Assembly (NCBI RefSeq): GCF_036321535.1
Contig: NC_087472.1
Coordinates: forward strand, 91,142,001-91,206,000
Reading direction: 5' to 3'
From: Camelus dromedarius
Taxonomy: Eukaryota
DNA length: 64,000 nt
This document shows positions 25,906 through 38,678 of this stretch, one piece after another. Each line of letters opens with the position of its first letter. The stretch's first letter is position 1. A program made the translations under genes and the position numbers. The notes below the pieces were generated by a model, which worked only from the letters and a program-made list of their open reading frames with translations, made no database searches and was not told the origin of the DNA.

Positions 25906-26308
25906 TGTATCAATGGAAAACACTAATCAGTAGTAGATTTAAGAAATAAATGGAAACTTTTATTTGAGCCAACCTGAGGATTATGACCTGGGAGACAGTC
26001 AGGAAGCTCTGAGGTCTGTTCTGTGCATTAGAGGTCAAAGCACACAGGTTTTTATTAGTTTTTGAGACAAAGGATTATACTTCAGATGACACGTGGATAG
26101 TTTACACAGTCCAGATCTGTGTCTAGAAAGGGAGTAGTGGTTTCATCCGGACTCTTGACAAGATTAAGAAGGAATGTTAGTGCCTAAGGAGGGCTGGTTG
26201 CTGCAGATGCACAGTACGCACTAACGGGGAGGGAGGCCACCCAAACTGGCAGAGAATGATTTTGTTTAAATTTTTCTTGTCTTTACACAAAATACGAATT
26301 TTATTTCA
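25906..26308 (-). mobile_element. 5' LTR of the provirus (~400 bp)
   Basis: Minus strand begins TGAAATAAAA and ends TTGATACA; TATA-like ctaataaaaa near 26055; AATAAA at 25964-25959; PBS follows directly. Confidence 0.75.
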
Positions 26309-27605
26309 TTAAGCCAAAAGATACAAGGTGGGTGATAATGGCAGTTAAAAGCAAATAGATGAACCAGAGTTACAAGCCCATCTCCTTTTTATAGTCATAG
26401 GAATAAGCTGAATAACACTGTGGTCTTCTGTTCTTGTAAGGGTAAAAACACCTTCCTGATTAAGCCTGAGCCTTATTATGCCTGCAGTAAGGTTCAGGGT
26501 CTAAACCTCAGTTCTCGTTCCCTCTTGGGAAATACTCACACCAGCCGTATGTCATGAAAGACAAACTGATAAACCGCATTTCCAATGGAAGATGTCCTTA
26601 AGCCCAAGTAACTGATTAAAGCTTCCCCCAGAACTCGGTTATTTTGTGTCACCTGCTTAGGAAGGCTACTTACCTTAGATCTTAATCTCATTTGTGGTTC
26701 ATAGTATTTCCAGGTTTACAGGTAGATTTTCCCAGCCTGCTGACCTTCCCGATTTAAGGGTGTAGTCCATCTGAAGCTCTTCACCCTTCTAGCCACTGAC
26801 TGCACTTTCAAAATGGATGGTTCCTAAAAGGCAACTCCAGGAGCAAAGAACTTTTTTGAGCCCAAGGCCAGAGAGAATGAGGACCTTGGAGGAAAAAGAG
26901 TTTCAAGTTTTTTAAATACGGTTGCCAGCATTTTATACTGCCAGCTATAGACATTTTTTTACAACACTTGAAAGACATTTTAATGCCAAAAAGGATAAAA
27001 GATAATATTTTATATTGAATGAATTTAGCTTTATGAAAGACTAGAGTCTTTTTCTTTCTCTTAACCATTCTGGGAAAACCTTTTTTCAATGAACTGTCAC
27101 TGCCATTTCTAAATCATTGTTATTAAAAACATGCATATGGTGGAGCTGAAGGTCTCAGGAAAGAAGGCACACATTTAATCGATGTTTGATTTAATCCTAT
27201 GGGGGGTGGGAGTCATGGGCTGGCCGAAGTGGTGAAGGAAAATTTAGGGAGGAGGCAGAATTTATTTAACATACTGTTTAACATTTCTCATTTTTTTCAT
27301 TTGGCTGGAATATAGCATAACTCCTCACTATCTGAAGATAATGAACTAGGAAGGTAATCTGTGCTGGACTTCTGTGTATCTTTTTCTTATAGCAAAAAAG
27401 TAAATTGCTGAGAACAAAGTAGAATATATATCACAAACTTACTATTCGGTTCTGTATGTCCAGTAGCTTTGTATACTGCTTGGCTTTCACATTTCCCAAA
27501 ACCACGTCCCTTGCTTTGTGGGGGATAGTTTTTAATTTCCATTGGGATCTTACACTTAGAAAAAATTCAATCTGTTTTCTGGCTTTTATTCCTAACTTCT
27601 CTCAG

Positions 27606-27754
27606 AGCATCTAAGTGGCTCCAAACAGAGTCCTCGGACACAACCCCGAGATGAAGACTACGAAGGGGCTCCATGGAATTGTGATAGCTGCACCTTTCTG
27701 AACCATCCCGCACTAAATCGCTGTGAGCAGTGCGAGATGCCACGGTACACTTGA
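27606..27754 (+). CDS. TAB3: TAB3 terminal coding exon with RanBP2-type/NZF zinc finger (K63-polyubiquitin binding)
   Basis: cttctctcag|AG acceptor; (E)[48 protein letters not shown] then TGA at 27752-27754; W-x-C-x2-C-x3-N-x6-C-x2-C motif with TF intact. Confidence 0.97.
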
Positions 27755-30700
27755 ATTCAGAAGAGTCTGCACCACGTCGAGAGTCAAACCCATGAGAAGA
27801 AAAGGAAAGCTCGGAAATCTGTCCATCTGCCCAGCCTTTGCATTTCAGATTATGTGGGGGGCGGGGGGAGGAATGCCGCCATAGCTGCTTGTGCTCACTT
27901 AAGGGGGGAGGGGGTCCCCCGCCTCTCTAACTCCTTGCAGAGTTAGAAAGGGATACTTGAAACGGGGAAAGGATTCACTTTTGAAAGAATGTACACAAAG
28001 AAGTCAAGAGCTTTTCTGTGGAATCCCAACTGTTAAAGTTACTGCTGAGTGACCCTTACTTCATAAACTACAACTCTGAATTGTGGTGTGCCATGTTCCA
28101 GTTTCTGCAGACAAACTGTGAATTGCCAGAGTGGACTTACCTGGTCACAGCTCTCTGGAAAACCCAGGCTCCCCGGGCTTCTTCCTGATGCTTCCTACTG
28201 AAGAGCAGCTCAGGGAAAAGCAACCAGAGGGTGATTTTTGGGGGGCAAAATAACAAGGGTATTTGTAATTGCTGCTTTTTTCAGGGGTAATTTCAAACGT
28301 ACAAGTAAGATGTTTTAAAATGTGATTTGTAGCAGTCAGGAATTAGGCATATTGCGCCCTTTGTTCGAAAGTACAATCAGAGGTGGTAAGATCCCTTTTG
28401 CTTGTACAGTGATTCATCAAGCTGCATCAACACTGGTAACTAAGACCTAATTGCCGCATAATAGATATATTTTTACAGTTACTGCATGCTTTTATTAGGC
28501 CATTGGTTCTTAAAATAACCAACAAGTCCTTACAAGTTATGATTTTATGAATGACCTTCTCGTAAAACTGCGCTTTGCCAATAGCACAGTGAATGTACGC
28601 TGAATGTAAATCCATTCCAAAATCCACTTGGAATCTTGAGCTCAGCTGTGGATCTATAAGAAATGTTTGCAGTCCATAGCGTTTTTTCCCCCCTCCTTTC
28701 AATTTTGTGACGAGTACATGATGTTTACAGCACAGATACTTTGTGCCATAATCCTAATTTAGCTGAAAAAAAATCAACATTAGCCGTTCAATAAAGATGT
28801 ATTTGCACATGTTAATAAACCAGTGTGAGAGAAGTTATAGTTAGCCAATATCAAAGTTGCACACTGCATTATGTGGGGAGGAAGAGAAGGCTAGTTAAGA
28901 AATGATTAAGAAAAAGGTGAATACAAAGGACTTTGAAACTAAGAACTTCTAAAATTTAACATACTGTATTCAGAGATAGTACTGAGTTTGTTCAGATAGT
29001 TCAGGTGATACTAAAGCACTCCTTATTTCTGAAACTAGAACTTTAGGGTGTGAATAACTGAAGAGATATAAAATCACTCAGTAGGGTGCACCACTGGAAA
29101 ATTATTAATAAGACATTTAATTACAGTCTCTACCATTATTGACTTTTCTTCCAAGCTCAGAATTGCATTTTGGGATCTTCCCCTTATTTGGGTAAATATA
29201 AACAGCAATAAAACTGGTGGGTTTCTTAAGTGTGAAGGACTTTACCTGAAATTATAACCTTAGGAGTATCTACTCTCACATACTGGGTGTCCTAGACACA
29301 CACACACACTTCAAGGTGTCATTGTGTTCTAATTTAGCAGTAATCTCTGGCAGACCTGGAAAAACAAGCTGCACTTAATAGCATAATGAAATCAAAGGCA
29401 TACTAGTTCATCATAGTTTTCCATCAAAATCATAATTTCACACTGTTCCTACAGCAGCTTTGAAAACATTTTTTCATATGTGGAAAATGTCCTCAAAAAC
29501 ATCTGCTCGTCTCACAAAGTCAGCGTGGCTATGTTACTACACTGATAAAACATCTCTCCTGCGACTGTGTCAAAACTGTGAAAATAATGGTGAGAAAGCA
29601 GATGGGCTTAAAAGCCTTGACCTGAAAACAGCATTCATTCTTTAAAAGCTTTTGTGGCACTGGTGTCTGTCAGTCTCTAATAAGTCTGTCAGTCCTACTG
29701 TTCTGTGATATGCCAATACCTTTGCCTTTGTATGGTTTCATATCTCTTTAGTGATGGTCAACCCCACTTGGTATCAAGTAAAAATCTAGGGGGAAATATA
29801 TATACTGCTTGGTGTTCTAGCTAAAGGTTTACCCAGTATTCTTAGTGATACGCTGAAGCAGCAGCAGTTACCTTGGCAGTTGTCAGCTGAGAATGAAAGT
29901 AGCATGTATGAAAAGTCTGACGCTTTATTAACACCGTGTAGATGACTTTAAAACTATTGCATGAACATACATCCAGGTAACCGAACTGTTATCACACAGT
30001 AGATGCATGGTTCCAGTGCTTTGGTGATATATCTAGTAAATCATTGTCTTCACCTGCCAGGAAGAATGAGAAACCAGTCTACGCGATAGGTATAGAGGGT
30101 GGGGTATGAGACATCAAAGACTGATTTTTAAGGAGGTTTTGTATGTGCTTATTTCCGGTTGTGCACAAGTTCCATACACTGACATAGGCTGTGTTCAGCT
30201 TTTAAAATAAGCAAAATTATTTGACACTGATAAATTTGATATATTTAACTGTGACCCATAAATAGGCTACTTCTTGCCTATCAGCAGTTTGAACAAGAAT
30301 TCAGTCCATTTTCAAGATGCCTCTTCAAAAGGATCTCCTGGTTGGATTGCTGTGTACAGACAGCTGGCGTAGAAGTGGGTAGGATAGAAGTTGGATGGTG
30401 TCCACCTGCTGAGGTGCCTGTGCTTTTTGGATCAGTTGGTGCACTTCTTGTTTCTAGTAAAAAGGTTTTTTCCTTAAAATACAACTAGTTTGATGAATCT
30501 GGTAACACAGATACCTGACTATACATTTTACATTATTTCACTGTTTTGTAAACGGGGTTCTTAGAAAGCACATTTGCCATTTTGTTAAAGTACATTGCCC
30601 CTTAACTTTTGGAGTAGGTCTTAAATGTTTAAAGTGGTGATAGAGGAACCAGAAACTTTCTAAGCGTTGTAAAATGTTTTGAATAAGGATCTTGTTTGGG

Positions 30701-31750
30701 AGTGTAGAGGCAGCGGGTTTTAAAGAAACAAAAGAAATGCGTTGTTAAAAAAAGGTAGTTTTAGAGCAGATTAATGATGGTGGGGAAAGTGTTGCTAATT
30801 TGTTTATTTCCCTGGAAAAACGGGAATGTGATGAGCAGTTTAATAATTTTTAAGGAGCTGGTCTCAATTTTAGGACTTATTATAAGAAATCGGTGTTTCC
30901 TTAAATTTTTGTCATTGCTCTGTCCCAGTTATCTACAGTTAATTTCCAACTTTCTGTGGCAACTCAATTTTATATAGTATTTTAAAAAGTAACTGTAATG
31001 TCTTTGACAGTGTAAACAAAAAGCAAGAATATAAGGCATAGAAAAACTGTCCTTTCAAAATGTCAATGATGTATCCTGGAATGTGAAGATGTCCCCTTAT
31101 AGTTAAAACTGATTTATTTTAATATTGTAATCACTCTTTAGACCTTAAATGAGTCGTTACAGTGTGTGTCTGTATATCCGTAGACAAAATGACCATTGAA
31201 ATGTTACTTTAAAATCAGAATAAATTGGGCACTGTCTGTTGCACCACTACTGTATCTTTTTGAAAGGATTAATAATATTTTCTTATTGTAAAAGTTAACT
31301 CTCATGATGATTTCACATTCACCAGACATGCATTTTTTTTTCCTGTATTATTTGCATCCCCAAATATTTAATACAAGTAGATTTTGCATGGCTTGGGCAT
31401 TCGGAGATTAACAGAATGATGACTCAGTTTTAATTTCTAAAGCCATGAAAAGTTGCTTTGAGACTGAACAATTCTGAATTCTTATTTATAACGACACCCA
31501 ATATCCATGTTTACTTACTATAAAAGAATCGATCAGTTTCTTCAGTAAAACAGCAAGACTTATTAAATCTTGTAAATACCATGTCTCTTTTAGATTTCTG
31601 TGTATGCTGTGAATTGAATCATTTTGAGGTGAAATTGTACAGAGGCATTTTAAAAGGCTATGCATGCATCGTACCTCCAAACAGTACATATTCGGAACGT
31701 CAACGATTCCTGCAAAATAAATTAATAAACTAAAAGCAAACACTACATTC
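27755..31750 (+). other. TAB3: TAB3 3'UTR (~4 kb)
   Basis: Repeat-poor sequence after the stop codon, ending at tandem AATAAA followed by a U/GU-rich tract; exact end inferred. Confidence 0.7.
31716..31729 (+). terminator. Distal polyadenylation signals (two AATAAA)
   Basis: AATAAA at 31716-31721 and 31724-31729, downstream tcttttctgtgtagtt. Confidence 0.7.
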
Positions 31751-34700
31751 TGCATCTTTTCTGTGTAGTTAGCAATGATTCACAATTTCAAACTAGCCCT
31801 AGTTCCAACACTCATATATTTCTGGACTGAAATATGCCATCTCAGAAACCTGATCTTTCATCACATTTCTGTTCCTCTGTTAGAACATGTAGTGATCTTA
31901 GATTTGGGGGATTAAGTATTTGTACATTACTCTAACTTAAAAATTGGGTGAAAGTATATATAAGCAAATTTCATATAAAAAGGTACGAATTTACATTTTT
32001 ACAAATTTACACTTACTCCACTTCAGTAAGTTACTTACAAATGACAAAGATAAGAGAAAAATCACTTTCTTTTGTAACTATAGTTTTTCAATGGGCAATA
32101 AAATTTGCAAACATACACAAGTACAGAAGACTACTATAATCCCTCATTGACTCATTACCCAGTTCTCAGATTTATCCACATATAAGCAATTTTATTTCAC
32201 ATAAATTCTCATCTACCGCCCTCCCATTATTTTGAAACAAACCCCAAACATCCTAACAAATCATCTGTAAATAATCTTTTTAAGATAAGCACCACATATT
32301 ACATCTTACAAGATAATTTAATATCAGATATCCAGTATTAAATCTCCCAAGTGGTCTGACATTTTTTAGTAAGCATGCCTAAATTAGGGTCTAAGTAGAA
32401 TACTTGAAGTTGATTGTTATGTCTCTTACACCTTTAATCTGCACATAAATCTTCCTTCCTTCCTTCTCTCCCTCTTCCTTCCCCCTCCTCTCCCACCTCT
32501 GCCTCTTTTCCTTTCAAAAATTGTAAGGAAGCTACCTCATCAAGTTATTTGGTTACCCTTCCACCGCATTTTACTGTAAAGTAATGCATAGAAAGAACAT
32601 CAAAGAGAACTTTAAAAATAGTATGTGAAATATTTTTTATTCCCTTCCTCCCCTTATCATCATTTGTTACATCTTGCGTTGTCCCTTTTAAACCATCTAT
32701 TTTAAAATAGAAAATTACTTCAAATCTGGTTACCACAATAACGATTCATTATGCTGATCTCCTTGTTAGTAATTAAAGGCATCTGTCTGTAATCCCACTG
32801 TCCAGATGATTTCTTTTCAGGTACTGACCAGCTCAGTTTCCCAAGCAAGTGTGAGGGATTGCTTGGTGTGAGACACCCAGTGTTTGTCTCCCATCCTGAT
32901 TCCCCTGAAGACTTCCTGACTTGACTTTGGCCTAGAGGCTTTTTTCTAGGACACTGTCCAGGTGATGCTTTGTGATGGAGGTTTCAACGGTTTTAAAAGG
33001 GTATATGATAATGTGAGTCAGACTTTCGTTCACCAGTTCCAGATCCTCAGAGCAGTCAAACCATCTCACTTGTCCTGTCTCTAATAAAAGAATGGTGAGT
33101 GTGCTTTTGACCAGGCTCTCGTGACATTCAGGTGGTAAGAAACAGAATTTGGGGAGTCAGGTGATACAGCCTCGCTTTGTACGGTTTTGCACTGTGGTTT
33201 GGGAACAAAATGCTGGTTAACTATGTTTTATATTAACCTTGCTTTCTTTTGACTTATTTGTGTATTTATCCTCTTGGGGACTGAATCTGTTTTCAGGTAT
33301 TTCTGTTCCCTTCATCAAGAACCACTAACAGCCATTTCTAAGTCCTATCCCCTAATTCTGTTTTCTTTCAAATCACTAAAAATAGTCTGCTTTGAGTGTA
33401 CATGATTCAAAAAACTGGATCTTTATTTGAAAGGCATTGGGGTCAGGGGAGGAGTGAAATGGCTCGCGTCCCCCACGCACCTTGACAATCAAATGATCAC
33501 AGATTGCAGCACTACTCTTTCCAAATTCTACGGAAATCATTAATGAAAACATTTTTTAAGGCTTGGAGAACAGGGGAAAGTGTCCTCAGGGAGTAGGAAA
33601 TGACAGGATGCAGATGGTGATGTGTTAAGGGTGGTAGCAACCAGTGTCAGCGAGCCGAGTTCCAGCTGCCAGTGAAGGTCAACCACAAAGTAGGTCTGTG
33701 GACTCCCTGCTAACACCCGTGAAGACCCCCGAATTCTGACCAGCAAATAGAAAGATCTGTGTGCTGGGCAGAAAGCATGGAGACTGCGGCTTTTGCCTTC
33801 TGTCTCACCTGCACCACAGTTCACTAAGTAAGAAAGGTACTGAATGCAAGTGGTTTGGCCACGTGGATAAGGGGTGCGATGGGCCCAGTAACTTCAAACT
33901 GCCACATGCACATGAAGGAAAAACTTGCTTAGCCTAGCTGAGGATTCCAGGGAGCGATTTTCAACCCTGCCATAAATACGTAAGCAGCCCCCACTGGTGC
34001 TTGCTTATTGAGTGGCTAAAACAAACGCTTAGCAAAACATTGAACCTCCCTGTCTTTCCTTTACTCTGTAATCAACTGATTTCTAATTGAGAAAAATAAA
34101 GCTACAGAAAAAAAGGAGAAAACTTCATGCTTTCTTATTCATTAAGGATTCAAAATCAGCGTGACCCACATAATCTTTTAAAACACTTAAGAAATCAGTG
34201 AACTTATGGAAAGATTTAGCACTCTGAAAGGACTTCATTCTACAGAAGCAGAGCAGAAGACCAAACCTTAATTTCTAATTTCAATTCCAAACAAAATTTA
34301 CAGCAATGTTTTCTCTCTCAAAAAGGGCTAATCAGATCAGGAATGGTTGCTTTCAAATGAAAACTAATTTTTATGAAACATAAATAGTGAGACCTCAGAA
34401 AACTGACTCGATAAAGAAATTATTCTAGAATTCAGAGGAAAGAGATAAAGAGATGAATGCTAACATGTTAAGAAATGTGAATTCTAAATCCAGGAGATGC
34501 AATAAGGAATACTAGAAGGAATGACCAGCCAATAGGGGAGAAGCAAAAAATAAAAAAGAAGCGTGAAGATGAGAGGCTTTAAAAATATTACCTCAAAGAT
34601 AAACAACAAACAAAAGTGACATTAGAATTCTCCTAAATTTTTGTGAAAAACTTGAACACAACTCTCTAATTCTGACATGCAAAACAGAAAATAATGAATA

Positions 34701-34942
34701 TTATAATCAGCACGGTTAAAACTCCCTATAATAAAATTTTGTTTCTCATGTGAACTAAATGTTCTTTCAAATGTCCATTTACAAATAACCACGAAAACCT
34801 CAATTTTTAAAACAGTTATACAGTCTATATTTTTGAGTGTAAGACATTAAATCTAAAAATTACTGAATCAAATCAAGCCACCTAAAAAAACAAAAACTCT
34901 TCTAAAGCTCTTGATTAAAAACTAGAATTAAAAATGATTAAA

Positions 34943-36170
34943 GTCAGATTTAGTTCAGGCAAATCCTCAAGAAGAGGCTTTAGCAAAGATGTTATCTCAA
35001 ACTAAAAAGAAGGCTTTCAACTTTAAGAAAACAGGGCAGAATGAGTATATCTCACTGAAGTTTTAGAGAATACATCTGTTGAAATATTTCTATATGCAAA
35101 TAAATTGTCCATACTTGTAACACAAAAATTTGCCCAAAGAAATGATAATTCAGAATCTGAGTTGCTTAAATACATTTCTAGTCTTTGTACAAACTCTAAT
35201 AGACAAAAACGTGAAAAATCACAGCTCAACTATACTGTGCAGAGAGAAATAACATGCTGCATCTAATGTGGTCAGTGTCAAGAATCCTTACAGGCTGGAG
35301 GGCTCTAGGAAAGAGCAGGATCAGAGGTCTTCTAGGGACAAGCTGATGTGTAACATGTATGGAAAAAAAGTGTTTTTAGAAGCCACCAACTTGGGAAGGC
35401 AAGTGAGTACACACAAAGGAGTCCAACGCTACATCTGCCTCATGTGTGGAAAGATATTCACCCACTGTAACCAGCTGAAAACCCATAGAAGTCATACTGG
35501 TGAGAAGCCATATAAATGGTTGATAGAGGATTCGCTCAAAAATGCCAAGTACTCATCCATAGTTGCATGCGTTGTGGTGAGAAAAAACCCTAATGAATGT
35601 GATGTATGTGACTGACAACTAACAGCTTCTGCAATCTCAAGATTCACACATGGACAGATAGTGGAGAGAAGCCATATGTCCAAGATAGGAGTGGACAAAG
35701 ATGTGCCCATGCCAGCACACTGTCCTCTCCCAGTCGCAGGTTTACTGGAGGAAAGCCTCACCAGCATCATACCAAGAAGGTAGGTGCTGTCTCCAGCTCT
35801 CCTGTCACAGACACTCAAAACACGCAGCGGAAAGCCATGCACAGGTGGTCATCTGCGGGAAAACTTGAGCTCAAAAGCTTTCAGTCTCATTGATAAGAAA
35901 GACCATTATGCAGAAATACTCATAAAGATACTAAAAATCTAAAGAAGCATAAAATGAAAAGTCCATTCTGGAACAGACAAAACTCTACGGTCCGGTGCTA
36001 CATTCCATATGGAAACGGCCTGTATCAGAAACTAAGGATTTGAAGCTTTCTGAAATGACTTTACCACCAACCAGCTCTTGCATTTAGGATTGAGGACCTG
36101 TTACTGATAATCACTTGCCTCTAACAGATACTTTGCTGTAGTTACCTGGAACCAAAGTTGCCCTTTTTTT
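34943..36170 (+). pseudogene. MYNN: Processed pseudogene of MYNN (myoneurin), 5'-truncated without BTB domain
   Basis: SDLVQANPQEEALAKMLSQTKKKAFN..VLENTSVEIFLYANKL..NDNSESEL, then KLMCNMYGK..HKGVQRYICLMCGKIFTHCNQLKTH..HTGEKPYK, later KDTKNLKKHKMK-VHSGTDKTL; collinear with recalled MYNN, no introns, many frameshifts. Possible 3'UTR remnant to ~37075. Confidence 0.88.
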
Positions 36171-38249
36171 GTGGGGGGACGGGGGACGGTTGTACTGACT
36201 TTCTGAGGAATAAATAGAAAATTGCTCAAATGTCTCTCTTAGTAAACATAAATACCTCTGGTTAGACTTTCACTCACTGGAATAAAAGCACTTGATTCTG
36301 CATCTTCACTGTGCAATGCTTGTCTTGACTTTTGGCCTTGAAGTCTTGACACACACACAGCTTTTTAAGGAATGAATGACTATGGCAGTAATTTCAAATA
36401 GAACACCGTTTTACTTTTTAAACTTTCCTTTCAAGCTGCCTTCATCCCATTTTTATTTTGCATTTTACGATGGCTTTTCATTTATTTAATTACAATCTAT
36501 GTGATAATGCATTCAACATATAATCTATTCGTGATTCATTTATGACCTATGAGATTTTTGTTCCTTTCCTCCCCTCCAAATTTAACCACAATTCTTAATA
36601 GGATCAGCCCAAGACTGTTGCTCTTGGTAAACCCCCTAGACAGTATGTAAACTATGGGGGAAGAAAATGAAATTTCACATTTCTGATTAAGATATTTGTG
36701 CTATTTTCCTCTTAACATATTCTATTGGAGGCAGCTTTTCTAATGAAGTGCAAAAGAAAAGCTTCTCCTAAAAACTAGAGAACTATATAATTTTTAAAAA
36801 ATGCTTTATTACGGTATAATGGACATGCTTCTACAGAACTCAGTATTATGGAGGAAACTGAAGGGCAGTGCTTTGGGTTTGAGACTACATTTTGAACGTG
36901 GATTTTAAATAGGTAATTGGAGTTTTTATCTTGCCAAAAGATAATTTCAAAATTCAATTTATCTTGTTTCATTTTTAACAAAGTTGATGAAGGAAAATAT
37001 GCTGAGTTCTGAACACTTTTGAGAATCCTCTTGTATGCATGTTATGCACTTTTTAAAAATAAATATTAAATTCCAAAAAGGATTTACTAAATATAAACTA
37101 CATACTGCAAATCCCTTGTTTTCTGAATCTGTTGAATTATCTTACATAATCTATAAGCTGTGTATTTTTTTCCTGCATTAAACCACAGCACCTGGTTACT
37201 GTGGTAGTTTCACAGTGGTCCTTTTCCTTGCTTAACGGACATATTTTAGGATTACCTGATGTTAACTACCACACTTCCCCTTCATACTCTGCCCCTACCA
37301 TGATTTACTTCACTGCCTGATCTTTGGTAATGAAGTCATCAGTTCCACAAACTCAGTTCCTACCCTGCTGATCAAACGCCCTGGTGACACTGTTACTTCG
37401 GTCCTGCACTAGTTGTGGTTTATTTGTCTCCTACTTTTAAACTACACCTGCAATAAAGTTAATGTATTTTCTATTGGTATTGATTTCTGTAGTTGTAATT
37501 TTCTGTTTAGGGGTCCAGGTCATGAGAACCAATTAAAGAAGATAAGATAAAACCACGCAAAATTCCTGTAGATTGTAACAATCTTCACCATTTCACAGCA
37601 CATTCAGCATTTTCACAAAAAAGTGCCACCAGTGAGAATGACTTGACTGAATAAGGAATTTGAAAAACTGCCTTTGTATCATAAACATTAAAGTTAGGAT
37701 TTAATTATTTATCTAAAAAAAACCCTAATTGTACATGTTTATTAATAATACACTGGCTTTAAATAAAATTCACAAACTTAAAAGATCATCTACTCTGGCT
37801 TGAATTCAATAGCAATCTATTGGAGCAAATATTTGAGTAACAAATGTGAACAATGTAATATCCAGTGCTTGGGGACCTCATTTATGGCTAGAGATCATTT
37901 TGGCAACATTTAATTGAAATCTAAATGTAGGTCCAGTTTGGGAAATTTTTTTTCCAAAGACATTATTAAGACAGGTGTGCAAAGAACCATGTATCAGTCA
38001 GTCAAGGTACTGTTTGCCACGGTGAAGAATTAGAAGTTACCATTAATGGGGTTGGTTAAATACATTGGGAAACATCTACATGATACCATTAATTTTTGTC
38101 AAAAGTCATACTTTAAATACTATCAAATTGAAGGGATTACAGATAATTTTTATTTCCTATACATTACTTGACTGAATTTTCAGAATTTTATTGTTATTTA
38201 AGATGGCATGTAATAATTTTATAATCACAAGTATCAAGAAGTCTACAGA

Positions 38250-38625
38250 AAGGAGATCAGCCAAAATGGTGGACTAGAAAGACCCTGAGCTCACCTACTG
38301 TCATGGACATAGCAAAATTGCAACTATTTACAAAACACTTATTGATGAAAAAGACCTACCAGAACCAGGAACCAACCAGAGAAGATCTTCTAAAACTAAA
38401 GACGTAAAAAAGGAACGACAACAAAGTGGTTAGGAGGGACAGAGTTGTGGTATAGTCAAGACCAATATCCCTGCTGTATCAAAAAAAAAAATTTTTTTTG
38501 AAAAAGATACATGCACCCCAGTGTTCATAGCAGCATTTATTTATAATTGCCAAGAATTGGAAGCATGCTTAAGTGTCCATCAACAGATAACTGGATAAAG
38601 ATGTGGTGAGTGTATATGTATGTAA

Positions 38626-38678
<53 letters not shown>

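Larger units (their letters stand above)
21530..26308 (-). mobile_element. Decayed ERV1-class provirus (5' LTR, PBS, gag remnant, AT-rich interior, env remnant; no 3' LTR seen)
   Basis: Parts lie in the correct order on the minus strand: LTR 26308-25906, PBS 25901-25884, gag-MA-like start 25128, env-like 22797-21745. Confidence 0.85.

Noticed and set aside
35268..35615. 115-aa zinc-finger ORF as a functional ZNF gene
   Set aside because: Non-ATG start, damaged Cys/His ligands and surrounding frameshifts; part of the MYNN retrocopy.
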